A DNA stretch of 64,000 nt from Lingula anatina (GCA_051362555.1 CM120647.1:16716651-16780650); one strand, 5' to 3'. Shown: positions 37,921-49,846, counted from the stretch's first letter. The notes: a model not told the origin generated them from the letters alone. A program made the numbers and translations.

Positions 37921-38667
37921 ATGTTTACATTTCGGAAGATGACTTGCGCTCTCGTGATAACAGCTGCTGTGACCTGCGCATGCGTGGTAGCTATTCTGGT
38001 ACACCATACCGAGGGAGTGTGCTGCAAATCCGACCTCTATCATTATTGCAAAGACTGCACTGAAGTAGGTATATTCAGTATGAATCTTTGCATGAAGGCA
38101 TTACGAACCACTCTGCTTCAATACCACTAACTAATCCATTATTTGACTTGAAGAAAGGGGTGGAGTGGGGGGTGGGGTAAAAATGAAAATAAAAGAATGT
38201 ATTTTAAGTATAATTTGGTTGACGATGGACAAAGATGGCAGTACATGTCCGACTATGGTCTCCCATCCCAACTACATCTGTTGACACAAAGCTCAAAACA
38301 AAACTTTGAACAACTAGTCTAACCGATTATAGGATATGAATTTACCGCCAGTAGTTATGAGCCTTGTGGAATTTAAATGGGTTGACTTAATTGTTGTTTT
38401 TTTAATCTGAAAAACGGTTTTGGAAACATATTATTTGATTTACATATTCTGACAGCTGTGATGCGTTATGAACTAGGTAGTGTTAATTAAGAGAGGTAAA
38501 AGTGTCAGAAATCTCAATCTACTCAACCTACTTCGGCTTGGATATTTGGCGCTCCCTTCACACTTGTTTTTCAGGGTACCCCTTACTGTGGGTATCAAAG
38601 CTGTAATGTATTCGGCTGTGAATGTGGCGGAGGATGTAGAACTGACTGTGGAAAAAGCATAATGTAA
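37921..38667 (+). CDS. Secreted 10-Cys Diedel-like peptide, copy G (exons 37921-38064, 38575-38667)
   Basis: MFTFRKMTCALVITAAVTCACVVAILVHHTEG-VCCKSDLYHYCKDCTE|GTPYCGYQSCNVFGCECGGGCRTDCGKSIM*. Confidence 0.88.
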
Positions 38668-41600
38668 GTTATCTGTGGGTATATTTAACCTTTATTAAGC
38701 TGTATGTTTGAGAAGTACATGGCGTTTATGTTATTTGGACTATCGACCATAAATGAGAAAAAAATTATCCTCCGTCTGATTTGTTGTATGAGTTTAAGAA
38801 CACGTTTGTCAGCCGTCTTCTCAGGTTTGCCACTACCAGTAGTTTAAGATTAAGTTGATGTAATGCACCTCAGACTTCCTTTTTACAGTGTGGAAGGCGA
38901 TATTTGGGGTATTGTAGTGGAATGCAGATGTACCAACACAAGGTTCACGAGGGGCGCTGATGGTGGGGATGATGACGTGACCGAAGTTCGACCTTGACCT
39001 GACGCACATTTGATGCAGTCTTCTGGAAACACAGCGCATTTTCTTGAATCACCCTTGTCGAAGTCAATGGGAAACCAAGTGTTTGTTTATCTGTTATGTT
39101 AGCTAAGATGACTGCTGTGTTTCATTAAAAAGGACGTGCAGTACCATGTGCTCTGCTATTTGTTCTGTTTTGATATTTATTATAACTAACCACACTGAAT
39201 GCTATTCCAAATCAAATTTATCTCTACGGATAAGGTGAAAGTTCCAACCTGACACGTATCTCAAGCCGTTAGTTCCGATGAAATTTTATTCTAACTATTA
39301 TTTTATTTACTATGGGCAATACTACAATATACTATAATGTTAAGTTGGATTATATTAAAATATGGTGTATAAATGTCTGAGTCGATCAAAAAAATTCACA
39401 ATAAGCCACGGGTGGCATTTTATCTGGGGTCAAATTTGATGTTATTTTTATCCAACGTAACGAATATAAAATAGCTTACCATAACGAATGGTGCTAAAGT
39501 AAGTGTCTAATTTCCAGTTTTTATTTCATTAACCTGTGTTTCTGTGATGGCGTTGGTGGTCCTGAGACGTATATAAACAGCACGGAACAACTGTAGTCAA
39601 CGTTGTTTCGGTATGTGAAATCAACTTCGAAACTTTTATAGCACTTCCGCCATTGCCTTTGTAGAGCCGTATTTTGCAACACATTTTGCAACACATTTTG
39701 CAACCAAAGAAAATCGTGAAAACGCATTTTGCAACCAGAATTTTTTTTCCAAGTTTATAAAACAGGGTGAAGTGCGAAACGGGTAGAGTTGGAGTTGGGA
39801 CGAGTTTGCTTCGACTAGGGATGCTAAAACTGGTCAGACTGCCCCTGTGTTATAGGTTTTTTTGTGATAGACCTATATTTTCTCTTTTTCAAGAAGATAC
39901 AAATTATTACCAAAGAACATACATTGGCTGCAAAACGTAACGACAACGTAGTCCCCGCTCCTTTCGAATGGAACATGCACTATCAATTTCATCTTACTTG
40001 GATATTTAAATGTATGCATGCCTTTTAATTATTCATTTACTCTGATACAACAGATGCCAAAGGCAGATCTAGTAGACTGTGTTCTGTGGAAGAGTAGGTT
40101 TTTTAACCCGCATAAGATAATATGACTTGTAATGTTTTCGTCGTAAATGGATAATCAAGCATGCGTGTATATGAACTAGTCTCACTGAAACAATTAAGCA
40201 ATAGTGAACGGGTCTTCTCAGCACTGCCATGTGTAGCGAACGTGTATATGAGATTCTCTCCTGATTCCTCTAAATTTAGGAAAGAATTAATTAACCTTGG
40301 TCACAAATATAGACATATGACATTTAAACTTGCTCTGCCTAAGCGTCACCCGAAGATTCCACGCCTCCACCTCTCAGACCGGACCATTGTATCGCACAAG
40401 GAAAAGCCAAGAAAACCAAATGATCGGCCATTGTTTTATTGGTCACATACCTTTTTCTATGCATTCTGAATTCCTTAACCTCGCAACTCCGTCTCCTTTA
40501 TTCTCTAACGTAAATTTTCATACAGTCCTCTCATATACAGATTTATATGCACTTGTCACGCTATTTGGAGGTTCATACGATGCTGCTAATCGCTCTCAAT
40601 TAGATGGTTAATTACTTTTAATCAGAGTCACACAATGTGATCGTGAACGATATTAAGCCTGATTGCATTTTACAAGTACAATACTGAAGACCTGCCGGAC
40701 GGGACGCTAAGGAGTGGGTGGGGGGTCCTTGTACTTATCCTGAATCATCTTCAAATATGAGTTTCATATAACTATAAGCAAGTAATCCATAACTGAATGT
40801 ATATAAAATGCACCGTAATATCTTTAGTTGATAGAATGCATCAAGTAGTATTTTGTAGACTCTTTAGAATTTTTGAGGCCAATTTTAGAGGTCGACAAGT
40901 TAATGTTTAAAACTCACCGACAGGTCTTTTTACATTAATGAAAAATTTGCTATATTGCTATATTTTATTTTATTCTAATGATTACCTTTCTTGGCACAGA
41001 AACAGAGCCTTTTGTGCACTTCAGTATCACCCGCATCATGTTTTAAATCAAACGAAACCACAAAATTATTCATTGGAATATCACAGTGACGGTAAGATTG
41101 CCATATCTTCTGGTATATCATTTTCTTGTGATATCTTTTAAAAATATAACTGAAGTGCGTTGTGTATTATAATTATGCCTCTATTACAGTCTGTTAAACA
41201 AGCATGGTTAACATATTTTTGTAGCGGCGTGCACATTGCCGTTCTGGAGGTAATTAAATGGTGGACTGGTCTTTCTTGTTTCATTTATTTGTATATTTTT
41301 AGCATTTATGTTATAATGTAAGTTGTGAGAAATTTAGAGACGGTAAATCATACATGTTTACCTCTGCATTTGGATACAAATCTCATCGTGTATTTATTTT
41401 GAATGGAAAGGTAGGTTACTGGAAAAAGGTCCTAATGGTACACTGCGTCAGGTGACTACTGTAATGCAAATGAGGATTATATCTTTATAAAATTGGCCAA
41501 GCTAGTGTAGTTCCCTCTGTAGATCAATAATAGTTGAAAAAAGAATTGAGAAGGACATCAGGTAGCTACACAGTGCATCAGAAAGTTCTGAGATTTCCTG

Positions 41601-44464
41601 CAAATGCTGTTATGAACACTACAAATAATAACCTCAATAAATTTAGGAAAGCTGAAATTAAATAACTGACACTATATTATAACGACATCTACCATTACGC
41701 TCTTTGCCTCGTTTTTACAAAAGAAAATGGCGGGGTATTTTTTATCTGGGCCCTGAGCCGTGTATAATACGGCTCGGAACGTTCCTGGTTAGACGATCTC
41801 AGATGCTTTTATTTTCATTTTGTTTTGTTTTGCACTGAGATAACGTTTGGTTTCACCTTTGACATTATGTAACAAGATGAGGTCCACACACCTCGGCGGT
41901 TTTAGTATTGAGTAGTCTTTACTCTCTCAAATGCCGACTGCGGACTACTTGCCCCAGGTATTGTACGGACATATGAACAGTCCTGAGAAGCAAGGGTCCA
42001 AGATAGGAAAGGGGGTGCATGAAACTACAAAATGTGTTCCCGTTAAAAGCAATAGAGGCGGCGCGACTTTTGTAAAAAATGTAAAAAATTATCTCTGATA
42101 ATCCCACCGAGAAGATAGCACATTTTAGTTATAGTAAGCTATAGGTCAATTTAAGTTCAAGATCTGTGTCGCAGTTCGTAATAAAGGACGAAAATCAAGG
42201 ACCATTCCTACCCTCTACCAGGGCCGCAGTTATTATTGTGGACATTTTCACAATGCAGATATTTAACTAGAGACATATTTGTTAATATCTAGTGAAAAAA
42301 TCAATATGTGGCCCTGGTAGAGAGTAGACAATTCCCATGTCAGCACCAATATAAGGACTTTTAACTGAAGAGAAAGGAAATATTATTAACGACACAGACT
42401 TTATGCTAATGACGTTTTAAATCGATCACTCAATGTAAACTTTCTAAAGTATACCAGAGAACCCACATTTGTTCTCGTGACATCCCGATTCAGGGGCCCG
42501 GTCGTTAGTGTGATGGGCTGACGTGCCCCGGATTCGAACTCGTGACTTTGCGTTGCCATGGTTGATGACACTTTGGATGCCTAATTTGCATCCATGCACG
42601 ATACAGACTGCGCCGTGACTGACCAGCCCACCCTCCATACGTACGAGTTTCCTCTTATAGTAATCAATTTTTAAAAAATAATTCTTCCAGAAAATTGACA
42701 AAATATTTGTTGGGACTCGAACCAGCGTACTAGTGTCTGCCTATATCTTATACAGTAAAGTTACCACGCAGCCACTTCAGGTAGGTTGATAACTGTATAT
42801 GTATATGTATATATCTGTTATCCCAATCAATAATCCAGGTGCCGCATTTCATCCCACGCAACCACGGTCCCCGGCCATGGTTTATGATGAACGGAAAAGT
42901 GAAGCAGTGTTTCATATGCGACGCAATTCATCATGTCTTGGTCAGGGCAAAAGGGATAACAACTGTTCATTTTGGCAAAAAAATTAAAAAGAAAGGAATC
43001 TTCCTGGGGTAAAGGACAATTTTCCCATTCTTCCCAATTTTTGCAAATGAATCCATTCCCACATTCAAAGTTCGTCCCTGTTTTTTTACTAAAAAGTTTT
43101 TTAGATTCTTTTAAGAGATTATTACAGAGTGTTGCCATCTATGGAGGTCACGTGATGGCAAGCACAAATTCTAGAATAATTGCGTGAACTCCCGTTTTGG
43201 TGGCAAAATCTTATTTATTATATATTAATGAGTTGTTTACAGTCCATTAATTGTGAAATATAGATATTATACGAACAGTTGTTATCCCTTTAAGTCGATA
43301 CAAATATTATGTCGGGCAGGGCAAGGCATCAGGCAACAAAATCTAGTCCCAAAAGAATCGACACTGGACATGTTTTCCATGCGCTCAGGTTATAGACTAT
43401 ATGCTTACTAGTATTCCGTCTTCCTTTTATTTCAAGGTTACGAAGGTTATCTGAAAATAGAACAAAAGCAACTGAATCATAAGAATGCGGTGTTGGTGGG
43501 TTCTCCTGATTGTGGTAGGTGTGCTGTGGATTCTGATCAACGTGTTGATATGTGTGAAGAAAGAAGTATTAGATAAAGGTACTACTCTACCCATTGTGAA
43601 TAATTGCAATAACAACAACAGCAATTATAATGATGGTGTCTAATACAAATGTCAATTTACTCATGGCTACAATGTACATGGTAACTTAGGCAAATGTAAT
43701 AATCTATTTACAGGAAACAGTTCGTGCATATAAAGGTTTCTATGTGGATTTTTTCAGTCTTGCAGACAGAGACAAAGCCTAAAGGACCTATTGCAAAGGG
43801 AAAAGGTATTGAAATCAACAACTTTACAATCGTCACAGGCGCGGATCACAGGTATTTTTCCCCGGCTCTCGTTAACCACGTCGGGTCATTCTGTTTCTGG
43901 GAACCAACTCTCAAAATCGTGGTGTGGGACCTCGGTTTGACCGCCAAAGAGGTGGAGACTGTGAAAAGCTGGTCCAGCGTGACGTATAGGAGGTTCCCCT
44001 TTGAAAGGTACCCCCCTCACTTTCGCAACCTGCACACGTACGCCTTCAAACCGGTGTGAACGGAATGGTAGTCCTAGTAACGCAAGTCCGACCGGACACT
44101 AAGTCCTGGGAACGTAAGTCCTAGGTCTAGCGTTGCTAGGAATGGAGGTCCTAGGACATACGTTACTAGGATTTAACGTCCGTAGGACAACAGTTACCAA
44201 GGAATGCATGTCTCACCGCCAGGAATCTAAGTCCGGATGGGACCTGTTATCCTGATTTACACTAGGAATATATGTCCGCTACCATTTTTCTCTCGCACTT
44301 TAAGTGAGTGATAGATAGATAGATAACTAATATAATATTACCATTACTTTTAAAATATTTCACCTAAACAAATACAATAGAATAAAAAAGGTATATGAAG
44401 AATAACACTTGTTACATTTGCATATATTTATTTAAGTTTTTCACATTTTTTTTCAGTTCTTTAT

Positions 44465-47400
44465 CTATTCATCTGCAACATAAACTTTCAAATTTGCCCT
44501 GTTTACGGCGCCTTTCAGTGTGCACCCGCCCTCAATCTGGAGGATGTAAGATCCAGATTTGGATATCCCCTTCACAACGTAGGGCCCCAGCCAGGGGTTT
44601 TCTTGTTTGCCCCCCTTTCTGTCACTCCTTCGTAAATTTCTTTTCAACACTTTTGTTCCCACGGTAAGTACCTGTAAAATTAATTTAGATACCATAAGTG
44701 TTTTTGCATCGTTAATCACAGTTCACCTGCATTCAATTTTAATATAAATGGTAATTGACTACGAAGTATACAAATGTACGAGGCGCACCACCAGTAAATG
44801 GTACAATCCAGGCAAACAGTGTACATATTACGGTCACACTATATTAAACCAATGCTTTATAAGTTAAATATGCATCAATTTGATTCATGGGGTAATTCAC
44901 CAAAAGCTTATACCTCATCAGTTGAATGGCGAGCGTCAAATCTTTTTTTCTGCTCTTGTTGCGCTCTTTTTATATTTCGTAACGCTACCTCTCCCACTTT
45001 TTTTTTCATTGTTTCAACCATCGTTTCAACTTCCTTTTCATACTGAGGTGCACTAGGCAGTTGTAGGCCACTTGGGCCTGCTGTATTCTCGTCAGACTGG
45101 TCTTCTCCTTCGTCGCTGTTGCACACATCAAGAGGGAGTACAGGTTCTCTAAAGAAAATATTAATTAAAATTTACAAACAGTTAATAATGCTTTTTATTT
45201 CGTATGTTGTATCCATCCAAATTAGCATAATTAGAATAAAAAGACGACATTTTTCATTATTAATTACATCATTTCTGGTGTGGGTAAAACCCAATTTTAT
45301 TTATTTAATAAAACATGAAATAATTGAACATTTATGGATAATAATTTACATATTCCTTCATACCTCCCAAACATGAGATAAAAGGGTGAAAACCCAGTAG
45401 ATGCTTGGACTGATGTATTATAAGCAAATACTACATCCCCCAAAACGTCATCCCACTCATGATCGTCTTGATACTTTAAAAGCATATCCTTCAGGGTCTG
45501 GTTGAAGCGTTCTGGAATATTATATAGGCCTGCATCTTAAAATCTATATACAATATAAATATAATAAAAATGTGTGCTTATCTCACCAAGTATATTAACT
45601 TGCAAAAGTTTAATAATATATAATGCATTACATTAAATGGCTAATATATTCTTTAACTAAAACGTGGGCTAAGATTAAGGACAGTATGCACGATCACAGA
45701 GACATTTTAAATAATTCCAATCAAACACACCCGTGAGACCATTGCACTGGGGATGGTAAGCTGTGGTTCTTTTATGTTTTATTTGAAGTGACGTGGTAAT
45801 ACAGTGCAACAGGTTGTTTTTGAATTCTCTCCCCTGGTCAGTTAGCATTTCCTTGGGGAATCCGAAACTGGAAAACATTCAGTAATACCATGGTTATTTT
45901 AGTTACCAACTTCGTCGTCATGATGTTCATCGGAAAAGTTACTTTTTACTGTTATCGAAGGGGTATAATCCACCCTATTTAAAAAAGTAAATTAAAGAAG
46001 TTATCTTAACATGTAATTTTGAAAGCAATCGTTGTCGATACATATTCATTACTGCACCTATAATATTCAACACTTACGTAAAAAAAAGGTCCAAAAGAAA
46101 GCTGGCTACCCCTGTCGCTTCCTTGGAGGGCAAGGCACGTGCATGGGCCATCTTTGTGTAATAGCACACAACAGTGCATACGTACTGATTGCCCCTTTCT
46201 GTTTGTTCCATTGGCCCAATTAGATCTATCCCAATCTACCAAAAATTAATAAATATACGTTATTTCTGATTTTACATTAAATTCGTAGATGTTTAACTAC
46301 ATAAATAACTGAAAAATAAAGAAATTTCCACTAGTCGTAATGTTTTCTGTTAAAACAATATGACGATAACAACGAAAAACGATTTTCAATATCTATTTTT
46401 TTTTTCAATTAAACACCACGATTAAGAGAAAAATTGTCTTGATTACCATCCTCCACGCCTCAGGCTTGTTCACTGGAATAGGGTTAAGCGGTGGAGAGCC
46501 GTTGTTGTTATTTTTGTTGACACGCTGACATTTGTCACATTTTGAAATGAATTTTCTGATGTCGTCTACCATGTTTGGCCAATAATATCTCTGTTCAACC
46601 TTTACCAGTGTTTTATCTCGTCCTAGGTGACCACCTTAAATTTAAAAACAAGCAGATTAATAAATTGCATTTTATAGACACTTTACGTTTGTCAATGTCT
46701 GGAATTACGTCACACAATTAATAAAACAACGTATACGCGCTATTGTGAATACGGAATTCTTTTAATACATACTTACCAAGCGGTGATGTATGCAGTGTAT
46801 CCAAATTTTTTTTCACTTCTTCCCTGTTTCTTACAACTTTTCGCCATACTCCACCAACATCATTATCATCATTATCATTCTGCCCTTCATCTGCTACGTC
46901 CCTCACTTTCCTCTTGCTAACTCTGTAATAGAGCTTGCCATGTTCAATCTGAAATAAGCATTACAATATGCATATATGTGTACTCATGATGTTAAAGGAC
47001 TTATTGACCTATATTACTGTTATTTTGTTAGAGTTTAAAACTGAGAAAAGGAATCGTAAGCAGCTGTCCCCGGACCTAAAATCCTAGAAATGGTAGTCCC
47101 CGGACCTAAAATCCCAGAAATGGTAGTCCCCGGACCTAAAATCCTAGAAATGGTAGTCCACGGACCTAAAATCCTAGAAATGGTAGTCCCCGGACCTAAA
47201 ATCCCAGAAATGGTAGTCCCCGGACCTAAAATCCCAGAAATGGTAGTCCCCCGGGCATAAATACCCATTAAATAGTAATCCCCTGCAGGACATTTATTCA
47301 AGGTACATAGGCCCATTGTACACACATCCCTGGAATTATATATCTGCGTATAACGTAGTGTGACCTCTAATAATATTGCATATTAAACATCATGAAAATT

Positions 47401-47548
47401 GAAAGTTTACTTTATAATTAGACTTGCTTGTTCTCCGAATCACTCTTTTCTGTGTTGGTGTTGTCTCGATAGGATACGTGCCCTCCTGAAGATATTGGAA
47501 AATAACTTCAACTTCGGGCCTGGTCCGGGTGCTGCTTGTCCCTTCCAT
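44465..47548 (-). CDS. Ginger transposase, 8 exons, 460 aa
   Basis: Exons 47548-47411, 46948-46777, 46634-46447, 46235-46078, 45867-45731, 45511-45364, 45148-44914, 44671-44465, all GT-AG and phase-consistent (1383 nt). Motifs: YLQEGTYP..KLYY, H..GGHLG..CDKC zinc finger, IGIDLIGP, TDQGREF, YHPQCNGLTERFNQTL, WLGPY. Confidence 0.88.
47066..47251. repeat. 30-bp minisatellite x6 in transposase intron 1
   Basis: Unit gtccccggacctaaaatcc[t/c]agaaatggta, read directly. Confidence 0.95.
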
Positions 47549-47589
47549 ATCAAACGTCTAGTGAGGGTGTGGCATTCATATATGAGCGG

Positions 47590-47644
47590 TATTTATAGTA
47601 TAACAAGGTAGCGTGTGACATCTGGTTATGTCTGTAACCAATCA
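47590..47644 (-). promoter_or_regulatory. Putative core promoter of the transposase (TATAAATA plus CCAAT box)
   Basis: Minus-strand TATAAATA at 47597-47590, ~45 bp upstream of the ATG at 47548; aaccaatca at 47636-47644. Confidence 0.45.
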
Positions 47645-47668
47645 AAAATTTGCTACGTGGCAAAAATG

Positions 47669-48272
47669 CACCCTGAGCTTCAGAGCTAACTTGACACTAA
47701 CCTTTTCACTGTAGCCTATCTCCATCGTGTCAAGTTACCTCTGACGAAAATAGTTTGACCTATTTTATATAAGCCAATCGAATCCATGTTTCAAAATTTT
47801 TCACCAAAGTTTGGTGAAAACGCTGATTGGTTGATCGTCAATCGGCAATCCTCGGCTGATTCCGCAAGCTCCATACTAACAACATAGTTATTGTCGAGTG
47901 CGGAGACATCCGAGTAGTTCCGAGTGCATAACCGTACACAAAGAAAGCATGGAGTATATCGAAATTGAAACCAGAGCAGTATGATGCCCTGCATCATTAT
48001 CTACTGAGGGATGATGTATTTTGCGTGCTGTCCACAGGTTACGGCAAGTCCCTGATATTCAGCCTTATCTTTGATTGGTCCGGATTTGAACAAAGCGCGC
48101 TTTGACTCGTTCGCGTTCATTGGCTAGATCGTTCAATGAGTCATTGAGTGCGGGCTTTAAATTTGATTGGCGGGCGGCGGGGGCACTCGAATCTGGTCAG
48201 AGGTAACTTGACACGATGGAGATAGGCTACAGTGAAAAGGTTAGTGTCAAGGTAGCTCTGAAGCTCAGGGTG
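47669..48272. mobile_element. 604 bp non-autonomous TIR element with RecQ-like helicase relic (AcademH-like), nested in Ginger
   Basis: ~77 bp near-perfect TIRs (caccctgagcttcagagct...), direct repeat caaaaatg on both sides. The internal + strand frame 47965-48060 reads LKPEQYDALHHYLLRDDVFCVLSTGYGKSLIF. Confidence 0.7.
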
Positions 48273-49792
48273 CAAAAATGACGACCAGGATAAAACAAAA
48301 TAAAAAAATTCACACGAAAAGTAAATATAATTTTATTTCTGTAAACGAAATTCGAACCTCCATCCACTTACACAATTACTCTGTATAGCATCCATTATAC
48401 TGCACTGCCTTACCACTACACCAGGGAGACGAACTGGCAAACCATCGATTTTACGGGGTACTTATATGTGCTCACTGAAGCATACTATTACTGCCAATAG
48501 TCATTATCCACTAGTTTAAATGGTCGGACATAGTTATAGGGCGGACCTTCATTCCGTTGACTAATGTAAACGTAATGCAGGTCCGCCAGGAATAGAAGTC
48601 CTACCCTTTATTATATCAGGAATGCAGGTCCCATTAGGACTACTATTCCTCAGGAATGGTGGTCCTACGGACCACCGTTCCTAGGAACCGAGGTCCGTAG
48701 GACCTCGGTTCCGGGCGGACCTGCATTCCGTTCACACCGGTCATTATTAAACAAATGGTCGATGAACTGGGGACAGTGCTTTGGGTGGACGCCGGTAGCC
48801 ACATTAGTGGAAGAATGAAAGAAATAATGACTTCTGTCTTTCAAAATGATGGTTATGTTTATGCTGGCGTGTGGGGAAATGGTGCGGTGACAAAATGGAC
48901 ACATCCCGGAATGTTTGCATATTTCAATATTACTAAAGAACCCTACGTTGGAAAACAGTCGATCACTGGAAATTTAAACGGCTGGCTTAGACAAGGGGAT
49001 ATTTATGATGAAATACTGGTTCCATGGGCAAATTGTGCGTTACACAAAAATTGTATCTCTCCCGTTGGATCAAGTTTGCAAAACCATAGATACGATCAAG
49101 CAGCCCTTTCGTTGTTGGGATACAGTTACATGTTTAGACATAACAAACCCTTACATCTTCGTACATATTTATTGGACATAGTTTTGGAATCTAGAGGAGG
49201 GAATCGCACCTATATCAATTATGCACACGGATGTTATCTTAGTGAAAGACATAAGTATGGAATAATATAATTCTTCTAGTAAAAAGAAAAAAAAATCCTG
49301 CATTTTCCTGTTTGTTTTTTCCTTTATGTTTTTTTAATTACGGATTTTTTCCCTGAATTTTTTGTTTGCTTCATTTTATTTGATTGACACAATTCCGTTA
49401 AGGGCAAGTGTCAGGGGTATGTCACTCCAATATCATCGGGTGTGCCACTGAGGCAAAAATTCCTATGGGGTCACAGTGACCATGTGTAAAGTTAAATCAG
49501 TTACATCAAATGGAGTAAGGGATGGCGTGACTCCATTGGAGTCAACTTGACTGCAATGGGGAGTTTTTTAATAACATTTTTATGACATTAGATAACATAA
49601 CTGGGTCAACATAATCATTCTTTTGGGAACATAAAAAATGATAATTTTATATGACAATCTTGGTGATATCAATTTTTAAGCAATTCTTTAAGGCGGATAC
49701 ACGTGCAGAAGTTCCATTTTGCAAATGTATCGCCTTTATATAATCTTTGGTATGCTACGCTAGACATTTTTTCAGGGACGATTTTCAATATT

Positions 49793-49846
49793 CATTAATA
49801 TAATATAATATAATATAATATAATATAATATAATATAATATAATAT
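49793..49846. repeat. (TAATA)n pentanucleotide microsatellite; paralog at ~58232-58280
   Basis: Read directly. Confidence 0.95.

Larger units (their letters stand above)
44055..48736 (-). mobile_element. Ginger-type (Gypsy-integrase-related) DNA transposon, 4682 bp
   Basis: CCGG duplicated at 44051-44054 and 48737-48740; the empty site aaaccggtcatt is in the paralog at ~57167. 13-bp perfect TIR TGTGAACGGAATG, subterminal GGA-N7-TCC arrays, integrase-like ORF, and no RT, gag or LTRs. Confidence 0.92.
43485..49270 (+). pseudogene. DUF1647-like putative glycosyltransferase, copy 1, disrupted by the Ginger insertion (exon 1 43485-43578; exon 2 43758-44054 + 48741-49270)
   Basis: Exon 1 encodes a TM anchor, MRCWWVLLIVVGVLWILINVLICVKKEVLDK. 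Both halves of exon 2 are open and rejoin at YAFKP|VIIKQ as in copy 2. Confidence 0.85.

Noticed and set aside
40161-40611. ORFs in the spacer block shared by the three DUF1647 units (also 52631-53000, 60978-61279)
   Set aside because: Frames and stops differ between units and no protein family was recognised; an old coding fossil cannot be excluded.
47035-47325. ORF with (ISGILGPGTT)n repeats, or a CRISPR-like array
   Set aside because: It is the translation of a 30-bp minisatellite with no unique spacers, in a eukaryotic intron.
44465-47548. Gypsy LTR retrotransposon integrase or domesticated GIN1/GIN2 host gene
   Set aside because: No RT, RNase H, gag or LTRs are present, and it is bounded by TIRs and a TSD inside another gene's exon.
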